A DNA stretch of 15,686 nt from Thermoplasmatales archaeon SW_10_69_26 (GCA_003009755.1 PXUB01000027.1:1-15686); one strand, 5' to 3'. Positions 1-8,124 are shown, numbered from the stretch's first letter. The notes: generated by a model from the letters alone, not told the origin. Made by a program: numbers and translations.

Positions 1-284
1 CAGAACATTTCCGGTCCCACGGTCTCCCCCTACGAGCGGTTGGCCAGGAAATGTTCACCAAATCGAGGGGGAGCGGTCTCCGTGACCCCCCTCACGGCGA
101 GGCCGCCCTCAGGCGGCGATGATACAATCCTTGCACGTTGTGAGGTTTCCAAGCGTTGTCGCCTTCGACATCGAAATGCCCTCCGGGCATTCCTTCGTCT
201 CGGCTCCGCGCTTTCACCGCCTGAGGCCGAGCGAGAGCTTAACCCAAGCACAGCCGGCAGTCTAACCTGCCCGCGGATCAGCGT

Positions 285-1592
285 GTGAAGACACGAGGCC
301 GGTCCTTCTTCCCTCCCGCCAGCCCTGGCCTCGGAAGCGCGATGGCACCGGATGCCACGACCCGATGGCTGGCCTCCATGGTCCCCTTCAAGTCCGCCGA
401 AGGGGTGACCGCGCCCGTCGTGCCGATCCTGGCCACGGTTCTGGGCGCCGGCGCCAGCGCGATCGGCGTCATGGAGTTCCTCTTCCAGACCATGATGATG
501 GCGGGCGCCTTCACCTGGGGTCACGCCAGCGACCGGTTCCGGTTGCGGAAGCCGTTCCTCGTCGCCGGGTTCGCGCTCGCCGGCCTCGGTATCCTCGGCA
601 TGGGGCTGGCGCCGAACTTCGCCACGATGCTCCCCTCCCGCATGGTGATGGGCTTCGGGATGGCCTCCATCGGGGCCGTGGGCGGCGCGCTGCTGGCCGA
701 CCTCTCCCAGGCCCGCGACCTCGGCTCGCGGATCGGCCTGCTGAACGCCGTCGGCGGCGTCGGCTACACGGTCGGCCTCGTCGGTGGCGGCCTCGTCGTC
801 TACTGGTACACCGATCTCGCCCCCGGCTGGCTGTTCACCGGGGCCGGCCTGCTCGCGCTCGTCTCGATCCCGATGGCCGTGCGGTTGGTGCGCGAACCCG
901 ACGACATCGCCGAGGAGGACGGCACCGATCTCGCCTACGCGGACGAGGACACGCCGACGATCGAGGTCACCCAGGACCGCACCTACTCGCCGTTCGTGTT
1001 CGTCCACCGCCCCGAGGAGCTGTCCGTGACGCGGCGCGCCGCCGCCTTCCTGTCCTCGATCTTCCTCGTGTACCTCTCGATGAGCGCCGTGATGGTCCTG
1101 TTGCCGCTGTACCTGTTGGAGGTCGGCGGCGGCAGCGAGGCGGCCGTGTTCCTCGTGTTCGTCGTCCACTCGGCGGTCAGCGCCTTCTCGTTCACGCCCG
1201 CCGGTCGCCTGGCCGACCGGATCGGCTACCGCACGACGCAGGTGTCCGCGATGACGCTGCGCATGGTCGCCTTCGCCTTCCTCGCGATGCCTTTGTTCGC
1301 GACGACCGGCCCGATCGCCGGCGTGTTCGTGGTCGTCGGCGTCTCGACGGCGGTCATCGCGTCCACGGGCCCGGCGACGCTGTTCAAGGGCATGCCGTTC
1401 CGCGAGCGCGGCGAACTCAGCGGGATCTTCAACGTCGCGACCGGCGCCGGCAAGGCCACCGGCAGCATCACGGCCGGGTTGATCGTGGCCTTCGCCGGCT
1501 TCCCCAGCCTGTTCCTGCTGGCGACGATGATGACGGGCGCCGGCACGATGGTGACGGCCTACATCGCCTACCCCGAGGGCGCCCGGTTTTAG
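285..1592 (+). CDS. Major facilitator superfamily (MFS) transporter; start may be GTG 285 or ATG 342
   Basis: 435 aa with about 11-12 hydrophobic segments in two halves, MFS motif-A-like loops (GHASDRFRLRK, GRLADRIGYR) and an acidic central loop. Confidence 0.9.
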   Translation: MKTRGRSFFPPASPGLGSAMAPDATTRWLASMVPFKSAEGVTAPVVPILATVLGAGASAIGVMEFLFQTMMMAGAFTWGHASDRFRLRKPFLVAGFALAGLGILGMGLAPNFATMLPSRMVMGFGMASIGAVGGALLADLSQARDLGSRIGLLNAVGGVGYTVGLVGGGLVVYWYTDLAPGWLFTGAGLLALVSIPMAVRLVREPDDIAEEDGTDLAYADEDTPTIEVTQDRTYSPFVFVHRPEELSVTRRAAAFLSSIFLVYLSMSAVMVLLPLYLLEVGGGSEAAVFLVFVVHSAVSAFSFTPAGRLADRIGYRTTQVSAMTLRMVAFAFLAMPLFATTGPIAGVFVVVGVSTAVIASTGPATLFKGMPFRERGELSGIFNVATGAGKATGSITAGLIVAFAGFPSLFLLATMMTGAGTMVTAYIAYPEGARF

Positions 1593-1770
1593 CTCTCTCC
1601 GCTTCCAGCCCCAGGCGACTAGATCCTCGAGCGCCGCCAGCAGCGATCCGCCGTCTTCGGCGAGCGCGTACGCGACCCTCGGCGGGGTCTCGTCGTCGAT
1701 CCGGTCGACGAGGCCTTCCTCGGCCAGGCCCTCGAGCCGGTCGGCCCACCACCGAGGCTCCCAGGGGCCC
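1593..1770 (-). pseudogene. Remnant of an HxlR-family winged-helix transcriptional regulator (C-terminal half)
   Basis: Minus frame reads ADRLEGLAEEGLVDRIDDETPPRVAYALAEDGGSLLAALEDLVAWG, matching the HxlR pattern (RLxELEExGLVxR...PPRVEYxLTxxG..L..L.xWG). No in-frame N-terminal half or start; no stop before it runs into the MFS gene. Boundaries approximate. Confidence 0.7.
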
Positions 1771-1865
1771 TGTGTCGGCACTCGGTTCGTCCCTGTATCC
1801 TCACAAACGTCCCTCAACCGCCTAACCACCCCCCAAGGAGGACGCCAGCACGCAGGTGAACCAAC

Positions 1866-2623
1866 ATGGACACCAACAAGACGGCGACCCGACGGGCCAA
1901 GCGCTGGATCTCCTTCGCCCTGGCTGGCTTGATGGTGGTCGGAGCCTTCGCGGGAGGAGCCTCGGCGCACCCGTTCGAGGATCACGGGGAAGTCACGCTC
2001 CACGATAGCGAAGATGGGGAGCCCCAGACGTCGACAGCCACGGAATCTGATCCTGTCGAGCTGACATGTGAGTTCTGGGTGAAAGGCCACAACCTCTCCC
2101 ACCAGAGCGGGTGGATCAACGCCACGACCAGTTCCGGACCCACTGTCACTGTGATCACTGTGGGCACGTTCAACGGGACGGAGAACGAGAACGGCACCTA
2201 CGATTTCGAAGCCGGACCGTTCACGCTCGAGGAAACCGACGACTACGACATCTACCTGCGGTTCGACGCAGAGGGACTACACGGCCCGCCCCAACATAAC
2301 GTGGAATATGAGGCGTGCGATGGCTCGGGCGATGGCGGAACGCCTCCGCCAACGCGGACAGCTACCACGTCTACCGTGCTCACGCGGACGGCGAGATGAC
2401 CCACGTCGCCGAGGTCAACGATACCAGCTACACGGACACGGAGACGGAGGCCCAGACCACGTACACCTACGAGGTCACGGCGTCCAACGAGGCCGGCGAG
2501 GCCGAGGACTGTCCGACGGCTGAGGTGACGGCGATCCCGTTCTTCGGGAACCCGGCGCTGGTCGCGATGGCGGCCCTCGGTAGCGTGGGCGCCGTCGGCG
2601 CCCTGCGCGTGCGCCGCAGCTGA
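1866..2623 (+). pseudogene. Secreted/surface protein (signal peptide, beta-rich domain, FN3-like domain, C-terminal IPFF-TM-basic sorting signal) split by a frame change near 2335-2345
   Basis: SD GGTGA 6 nt before ATG 1866. ORF 1866-2399 has a signal peptide (RRAKRWISFALAGLMVVGAFAGGASA). ORF 2315-2623 in another frame has FN3-like NASANADSYHVYR...SYTD...YTYEVTASN and ends IPFFGNPALVAMAALGSVGAVGALRVRRS. Confidence 0.7.
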
Positions 2624-2719
2624 TCGATGGCCATCCGTCCCCCCCCGAACTCTGCAGCGGCCCCCCGCTGTGGAGTCTCTCAACTCTCCTTCTCACTTGC
2701 CCCCTGTTCTGTAACCCCA

Positions 2720-2965
2720 ATCCCTGACCAACCGTCGTCGGAGCCGACGGGGGAGCGGCGAGAGAACATCCAACTCGATGTCGATGCAGAGCTGAGCGCC
2801 GCCAGCTTCCCATCGTCGGCGTCAAACGGGGACGCCGTCTACTTCGAGGGCGTCGCCGTCACACCGGGCGTCTACGTGGCCGAGGAGGGCGTCGAAATCG
2901 AGATCACCGAGGACCACCTCGACGCCATCGCCGCCCGCCTGCCCGACGTTCAGGTCATTCGCTGA
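2720..2965 (+). pseudogene. Truncated acidic ORF resembling the N-terminus of a viral/phage head-maturation protease or scaffold
   Basis: FEGVAVTPGVY...EIEITEDHLDAIAARLPDVQV resembles, from memory, the N-terminal motif of Mu-like/haloviral prohead proteases. Coding-like codon usage stops abruptly near 2960 before a low-GC patch. In-frame ATC at 2720 may be a mutated ATG. Confidence 0.35.
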
Positions 2966-3072
2966 GTGTTCGCAGCTGAGATTGCAGACTCAGCACCTGT
3001 TGTTCTTTTCAGAGTTGTAAGGAGTGAACGCTTCTGTAAAGATACGTGGAGCCCGCGACCTGCTCGGTGGGT

Positions 3073-3963
3073 TCAGCTTCTGGGGACGTCAACGCCCGCC
3101 TGCACAGCGTGTCGGGGCCCAAGGAACCCCCTCCTCAGCCCGTATCCTTCCACCGCCTCCTGCCACTCGTCGATCCGTGACAGCCACCGATCGGTCTCGT
3201 CCTCGCTGAGGCCCATGCGTTCCAAGGCTTCCTCGAGCCCCTCGGCCAGCGACTCCACGACATCCCCCGGGAACCGGCCCAGCCCGTGGATCTTCTCCCA
3301 TCCCTCGAGGTAGACGTCCAGCATCACCGCCAACGCTTCCGCCGCGGCCGCGGGAGCCCCCTCGCAGGTTAGGCGGTCGGTCAGCTCCACGAGTTCCGTG
3401 ATGCCTTCCTTGGTGCGGATGGCTCGGGCGTACGTGTAGCCGGTGCCGGCCTGGCCGCCGTGGAGGAGCATGAGCACCCGCCGCCGGAAGGGTCCGGCAT
3501 CGAAGTCCTCGGTGGCGGCCTCGTCGGCCTCGAGGACGCGCACGGTCTCCCAGCGGGCCTCGAGCAGGTCCAGCACCTCGCTACGCGAGATCGCCAGCTC
3601 CTCCACGAAGCTGCGAAGTTCCCCCTCTGACAGCTCGCCGATCTCGACCTCGGGCGTTGGACGCTGCTCGAGCTCCTCGTCCCCTCCGCGGATCGCAAGC
3701 AACACGGCCACCACGTGCTTGCACCAGCCCTCGCGGTCGTCGGGGCACGAGCACGAGACGCGCCCCAGCTCGTCTCCGTCCGCCCCAGCGAGCTCGACCT
3801 GGTAGGGCTGGGCTCTGGAGCCGGAGACCCGGGCCTGGACGTGCTTGCCGCGAGCGATCACCGAGAGCACGGCTTTCGCCTCGTGGTACTCGACCCCGCG
3901 CTCGAAGGAGCCCTCGGCTGCCCGTTCTTCCAGCTCGTCCTCACTGAGACGAAACCCGTCCAT
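3073..3963 (-). CDS. SWIM zinc-finger domain protein (296 aa from ATG 3963)
   Basis: SFERGVEY...ARVSGS...PYQVEL...SCSCPDDREGWCKHVVAVLL contains the SWIM CxC...CxH motif. TATA-like CGTATAC about 30 nt upstream on the minus strand supports the 3963 start. Confidence 0.85.
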   Translation of the reverse strand: MDGFRLSEDELEERAAEGSFERGVEYHEAKAVLSVIARGKHVQARVSGSRAQPYQVELAGADGDELGRVSCSCPDDREGWCKHVVAVLLAIRGGDEELEQRPTPEVEIGELSEGELRSFVEELAISRSEVLDLLEARWETVRVLEADEAATEDFDAGPFRRRVLMLLHGGQAGTGYTYARAIRTKEGITELVELTDRLTCEGAPAAAAEALAVMLDVYLEGWEKIHGLGRFPGDVVESLAEGLEEALERMGLSEDETDRWLSRIDEWQEAVEGYGLRRGFLGPRHAVQAGVDVPRS

Positions 3964-4271
3964 CGGCTGGACGTGGCAACGAGCTGACCCGTGGTATACG
4001 TTCGTCGGGGAGCGATGGGGTTCAGCGTTGGCTCGGGACGTCAGGCGCTGGCAATGGAGGTGAGCACCGGACCTGGGCGTCTTAGACCAAGCCCTACGAC
4101 CATGCGCCCATCTCCGGCTGAGGCGGCTGACCCGTCGATCCCTCACGCCGGTTCAACCGCTCTCTGACGGTGGTGGGATGGGCTGTGAGCCGGGCGAGCA
4201 AGAGGCGGGTGTCCTGCCGGCAGCGTAGGTGAGCCGCTTGGATCGCCCCCTCGGCTCCAGGGAGAACGAGC

Positions 4272-4384
4272 AAGTGGACGCGCCGTAATTCTCGTCCGAA
4301 CCCCGCGGTCGCTCGGCTCGGCCGGCTCGGAGGTCCGACCAGCCGTCCGCCGGACCTCCTCGTGAACACGGTTCAAATCACGGC
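4272..4384. repeat. tRNA-Ala-derived 113-bp repeat, copy 1
   Basis: 109/113 identical to 4560-4672. Begins with the tRNA-Ala 3' end (AAGTGGACGCGCCGT.ATT) and ends with an inverted T-arm copy GTTCAAATCACGGC. Confidence 0.95.
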
Positions 4385-4559
4385 GGGCGTGGCTGGCTAC
4401 ACGTTGGACCAGGGTATCGAACCGGCAGCGCGCATCCGAGACCGCGGACGCTCGCAGCAGCTCGCTTGCGGTCTCGGAGCTCAGACGGACCCTCGCTGCC
4501 GCCTCAGGCCCGTCGAGCTTCTCGACCTGGTCTACACTGTGTGACACGACCAGGTCGAG

Positions 4560-4672
4560 AAGTGGACGCGCCGTGATTCTCGTCCGAACCTCGCGGTCGC
4601 TCGGCTCGGGCGGCTCGGAGGTCCGACCAGCCGTCCGCCGGACCTACTCGTGAACACGGTTCAAATCACGGC
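4560..4672. repeat. tRNA-Ala-derived 113-bp repeat, copy 2
   Basis: Direct repeat of 4272-4384 (4 mismatches), preceded by a perfect 15-bp inverted repeat at 4518-4562. Confidence 0.95.
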
Positions 4673-4729
4673 CTTGATGCTGCTTCTCGACCTTCCTGTT
4701 GCTACAAGCGAGAAGGTAAGGTCGAGAAG

Positions 4730-4803
4730 TGGACGCGCCGTGATTTGAACACGGGGCCTCCTCCATGCCAAGGAGGCGATCTTCCGAGCTGATCTACGCG
4801 CCC
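4730..4803 (-). tRNA. tRNA-Ala (GGC)
   Basis: Cloverleaf GGGCGCG/CGCGTCC-A, G3:U70, anticodon arm CCTCC-TTGGCAT-GGAGG, T-loop TTCAAAT; 74 nt, CCA not encoded. Confidence 0.97.
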
Positions 4804-5022
4804 AGCGGAACGGCGGATGAGACGCGCCGACGGTCGGCACGACACGGAGGAGGCATGGAGGCACCACAGCCGGTGCCCGTCACCCTGGCCTTCTTCCAGG
4901 GTCGGCTGCTCCAGCCCGCTACCCCTATTTCTTCGTTTTGGACCGTGCAGGAACGACCCACGCCCCGGAAACCGCCGAGATCCCCCTTTCAGCACCCCCA
5001 AGGGACGTTCGCCACCCCATAG

Positions 5023-5030
5023 CTTATAAG
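5023..5030 (+). promoter_or_regulatory. TATA box (CTTATAAG) of the RAM-domain gene
   Basis: AT-rich palindrome 25-32 nt upstream of ATG 5055 in a GC-rich background, consistent with a leaderless archaeal transcript. Confidence 0.65.
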
Positions 5031-5054
5031 TACCCGGTTTCTGTAGATGGAATC

Positions 5055-5744
5055 ATGGAGACGGTGGTGTTGGTCAACGCGGCGCCGGGGTACGAGGAGC
5101 GCGTCGCTTCCGCGCTTCAGGATGAAGACGGCGTCGCTGGCATCGCGGCCGTCCAGCAGGAGAACTTCAACATGGCCATCCTGCTTCAGGTGGATGGCCC
5201 GAACAAGCTTCAGAAGTTCCTCACGAACACCCTCATGTTCGTCAGCGGGGTCCAGGGCGCAGAGCTCGACAAGGATCCCACCGACGATCTCATGGAACGC
5301 CTCGAGGGCGAAGGCCCAGGCAGCCCCGAGGGACGGGGCGGCGGCCGCCGTGGTGGTCGTGGCGGCGGCGGAGGCCGCGGACGACCTAGCCCTGGCGGCA
5401 CCGGCCCCGGCGGCCAACCCACCGGTCCAGGCCAGGAACCCGGCCCCGGGCTCCCCGGCGACGGCGACGAGGACGAGGACGACCGACCCGGCATCCCCGG
5501 CAAGCCCGACCGCGAGCCCACGACCGGCAAGGACCCCGGCGGACGAACCCCCGGCGGCTCTCGCACGCCCGGCGGCGGAGGCCACCGTGGCGGTCGGCCC
5601 AGCCGCGACGATGACGACGAGGACATCCCCGGCATCGACGAGGCCGACATCCCCAGCCCGGGCGACGACCGGGACGTTGGCGGCCCCCGCGACCCCGATC
5701 CCCGCGAGCTGCGCGGCGAGAAGGACGACGAAGACGACGACTGA
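5055..5744 (+). CDS. Lrp/AsnC ligand-binding (RAM)-like domain without HTH, fused to a ~145-aa low-complexity RGG/Gly-Pro/Asp-rich tail (229 aa)
   Basis: METVVLVNAAPGYEERVASALQDEDGV...FNMAILLQVDGPNKLQKFLTNTLMFVSGV follows the stand-alone RAM pattern (VLINxxPGxExxVxxxLxxxxGV...YDIIAKV...LxxxIxxxIRxIxGV). The tail includes GRGGGRRGGRGGGGGRGRP and DDDDED blocks. Confidence 0.75.
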   Translation: METVVLVNAAPGYEERVASALQDEDGVAGIAAVQQENFNMAILLQVDGPNKLQKFLTNTLMFVSGVQGAELDKDPTDDLMERLEGEGPGSPEGRGGGRRGGRGGGGGRGRPSPGGTGPGGQPTGPGQEPGPGLPGDGDEDEDDRPGIPGKPDREPTTGKDPGGRTPGGSRTPGGGGHRGGRPSRDDDDEDIPGIDEADIPSPGDDRDVGGPRDPDPRELRGEKDDEDDD

Positions 5745-6080
5745 TCTTCTCACCACCGGTGGGCCCAGCCGGGCCCGCTACCGCTCCACCTCTCAGCAGC
5801 GCATCGGTCGATCGTGACGGTCGATGCCGAACCGATCGATGTGACCCGACGGAGCTGTGATGGCATCAGACAAGCCGACCCCGACCGCTCACGGGGACCG
5901 AGCGGTGGGCCACCTTGGGTTCAGGTGACGGAGGGATCGGAGATCCCTCGACCACGGGACGCACCCTCCAGACGAGGGCCGCTCGAGGGTCCGGTTGTCG
6001 TCCGGAGGCTCGGACAGGTCCTCGCTGCCGGCTGGGACCCATCGAGCTTCTCAGCCGTCCGGCTGTAAGGAAGAAGAGGT

Positions 6081-6231
6081 CGGATCGGAGATCCGGCGGC
6101 TTCCGAGACCGGGCGGGTCAGCCGGTCTCGGAACGCACACGGGTCCTCTCTCGGTTGACGTGAGGCCACAGCGCTCGGACCCGTGGCGCTTCTCGACGGC
6201 CGGGCTGCTATCGGGGTCGGCCGTCGAGAAG
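6081..6231. repeat. Four tandem inverted repeats forming the tRNA-Val 3' trailer
   Basis: Stems 6081-6095 (CGGATC/GATCCG), 6101-6133 (12 bp), 6138-6185 (9 bp) and 6189-6231 (14 bp, CTTCTCGACGGCCG/CGGCCGTCGAGAAG). Confidence 0.85.
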
Positions 6232-6305
6232 TGGGCCCGACCTGATTCGAACAGGTGACCTCCTCCATGTCAAGGAGGTGTCATAACCAACTAGACTACG
6301 GGCCC
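6232..6305 (-). tRNA. tRNA-Val (GAC)
   Basis: GGGCCCG/CGGGCCC-A acceptor, anticodon arm CCTCC-TTGACAT-GGAGG, T-loop TTCGAAT; 74 nt. Confidence 0.97.
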
Positions 6306-6329
6306 GGCAGCCCCCGCACGCCAGCCACA

Positions 6330-6340
6330 GGATAAAAGCG
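6330..6340 (-). promoter_or_regulatory. TATA box of tRNA-Val
   Basis: Minus strand CGCTTTTATCC about 25-35 nt upstream of the tRNA 5' end. Confidence 0.6.
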
Positions 6341-6364
6341 TTGCCCGGCAAGGGGACGCAAGGC

Positions 6365-7903
6365 TCACTCCTCCTCGCGGACGAGCTCCTGCGTGCTGCC
6401 CGTGGCGCGCAACAGCTCCTGCAGGGCCTGATGGTAGGCGTCCCCGCGGGCCTCGACCAGCTCCTCGACGTAGGGAACGAGGTGGCTGGCGGTGTCCTTC
6501 GTGCGGCCATCGACCGTCCAGGTCCGCGAGGGCAGCTCCAAGGCTTCGACCAGGGCCAATCCCACGGCGCGCTTGTCGGGGTCCGGGGCCGAGGTTAGAA
6601 GCTGTTGGGCGCTGTCCCTCCCCTCGCCGACGAGGCGGCGCACGGTCTCGTGCGCCAGATCCACGGGCGAGGGAACCTCCTCGTAGGTCGGCAGCTCCTC
6701 CGCGACGCGCTGGCGGGCCCGCTCCTTGCGGATGCCGTCGAGCAGTTGCTCGATCTCGCCCGCGTCGGCATAGGGATCGTACATCTGGCGCCCCTCCTCC
6801 CCGATGACGGCGACGAGGACGTCCTCGCCGAGCGGCTCCCAGATCTGCTCGAGCAGCTCGACGGGCGTGCCGCGGTCGAGGACGACCGGCCGTTGCAGGC
6901 GTTCGAGGGCGGCTTCCACGAGCGAGCGCTGGGGCTCGGGGGGATCGATCTCGTCGACGAACCGGTCGAAGGGCGGCTTGTGGACCTGCTTGCCGTGGAT
7001 CACGAGCGGCTCGTCGCGCTGTCGCAGCTCGTAGTAGCGGGCCCGGCGAGCCTCCTCCACCAGCCCGTCGTCGTCCTGCTCGCCGTTCACGTAGGCCTGC
7101 AGGACCGAGCGGGGCAGGTGGACGTCCGCCTCGGGCGCCGACCCGCCGCTGGGATCGCGCAACCGGGGCAGGTGCACGTCGACGTCCACGATGTCCAGCG
7201 GCTGTGGGGTGACCATGACCTGCTGCATGACGCCGAGCAGGTTGCCGGGCGAGCACTCCGGGCACACGCGGATCCGCAGCCCCGCCGAGGGCCAGCCGAT
7301 CTCGATGTAGGTGCCGTCGGTGAACTCGTCGTGGATGTGCTCGCACCGGGCCAAGTTCGGCGAGGCTCGCCCCACCGGCAGCCCTTCGACGAGCATGTCG
7401 ACCGTCTCCTCGGGCGGTTCGCCGTCGTGGGCACACACCAGCCCCTCGCGGGTCGCGTACACGACCTCGCCCTCGTCGATGAAGGGCACCGCTTTGAGCA
7501 GGCGCAGGCCACGTTCGAGGTGGTGTTGCATGCCGACGTGAGCGAGCGCGGGCGCGCTGCCCCAGGGAGCGATCGGGACCTCGCCCTCGTGGGTTCGAAC
7601 GTTCTGGAAGAACTCCAACGCGTCCGAGCCCTGCTCCGCGATGCGGAGGGCGACGGCGTAGGCCCGGCCCAGCTTGTTGCCCCAGTTGCTCCAGCGCTCG
7701 AGCTTGTCCTCGTCGCCGATCATGTCGTGGCGTCGGTCGACCGCTTTCCGGGCCCGCTTGAAGTAGCACAACAGCGGGCAGCTGCCCTTGCACTGCGGGA
7801 CAGCTCGGTCCGGGTTGTCGCGGACGGCTCGCACGCTGTCGATGATCTCGTCGGCGATCTTGTCGCTGCCGCTGCGCACGGAGCCGTGCCGCTTGCGCGC
7901 CAT
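6365..7903 (-). CDS. Hypothetical protein, 512 aa, Cys/His-rich (putative metal-binding)
   Basis: Long ORF with genome-typical codon usage and acidic composition. Motifs CKGSCPLLC, CAH, CEH, CPEC. TATA-like TTTTGTAA about 25-30 nt upstream. Confidence 0.85.
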   Translation of the reverse strand: MARKRHGSVRSGSDKIADEIIDSVRAVRDNPDRAVPQCKGSCPLLCYFKRARKAVDRRHDMIGDEDKLERWSNWGNKLGRAYAVALRIAEQGSDALEFFQNVRTHEGEVPIAPWGSAPALAHVGMQHHLERGLRLLKAVPFIDEGEVVYATREGLVCAHDGEPPEETVDMLVEGLPVGRASPNLARCEHIHDEFTDGTYIEIGWPSAGLRIRVCPECSPGNLLGVMQQVMVTPQPLDIVDVDVHLPRLRDPSGGSAPEADVHLPRSVLQAYVNGEQDDDGLVEEARRARYYELRQRDEPLVIHGKQVHKPPFDRFVDEIDPPEPQRSLVEAALERLQRPVVLDRGTPVELLEQIWEPLGEDVLVAVIGEEGRQMYDPYADAGEIEQLLDGIRKERARQRVAEELPTYEEVPSPVDLAHETVRRLVGEGRDSAQQLLTSAPDPDKRAVGLALVEALELPSRTWTVDGRTKDTASHLVPYVEELVEARGDAYHQALQELLRATGSTQELVREEE

Positions 7904-7953
7904 CGGCTACGCCACGAGGCTGATGTTACAAAAGCCCGGGTCCGGAGACCGTC

Positions 7954-8112
7954 TCACTTGACCCAGTTGTAGTCGCGTTGCTTGGCGGAGTCGCCGAAGC
8001 CGCACGACGCACAGCGCTTCTTGCGCGTGTGGAAACTGTGGTTGCCGCAGCGTCGACAGCGGACGTGCGTCTTCTTGTTCTCTTGGCCGCTGCTCGGCGT
8101 TCCCTTGCTCAT
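7954..8112 (-). CDS. rpl37e: 50S ribosomal protein L37e (52 aa; absent from the ORF track)
   Basis: Translates as [59 protein letters not shown] 6 nt upstream; follows Lsm as in the conserved archaeal pair. Confidence 0.97.
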   Translation of the reverse strand: MSKGTPSSGQENKKTHVRCRRCGNHSFHTRKKRCASCGFGDSAKQRDYNWVK

Positions 8113-8124
8113 TCGTACTCACCC

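Noticed and set aside
30-2102. 690-aa minus-strand ORF
   Set aside because: Antisense shadow of the MFS gene in high-GC DNA (Arg/His/Gly-rich); only the short HxlR-like segment looks real.
2315-2399. Programmed ribosomal frameshift joining the two surface-protein ORFs
   Set aside because: No slippery heptamer or homopolymer at the junction, and part of the FN3 domain appears missing, favouring a deletion.
4143-4547. 134-aa minus-strand ORF across the repeat region
   Set aside because: Runs through the non-coding repeats, has atypical composition and no recognisable domain.
4560-4672. Intron-containing or split tRNA half
   Set aside because: Only the T-arm and 3' acceptor strand are present, and I could not build a convincing bulge-helix-bulge at the insert junctions.
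4272-4803. CRISPR array interpretation of the repeats
   Set aside because: Units are 113 bp, derive from tRNA-Ala, are irregularly spaced, and no cas genes are present.
5814-6268. Short ORFs between the RAM gene and tRNA-Val
   Set aside because: No SD, no domain and atypical composition; the region is better explained as a hairpin array.
4756-6277. Near-identical anticodon arms of tRNA-Ala(GGC) and tRNA-Val(GAC) as evidence of a recent anticodon switch
   Set aside because: Acceptor, D and T arms differ and each carries its own identity elements (G3:U70 only in Ala), so this is ordinary tRNA similarity.
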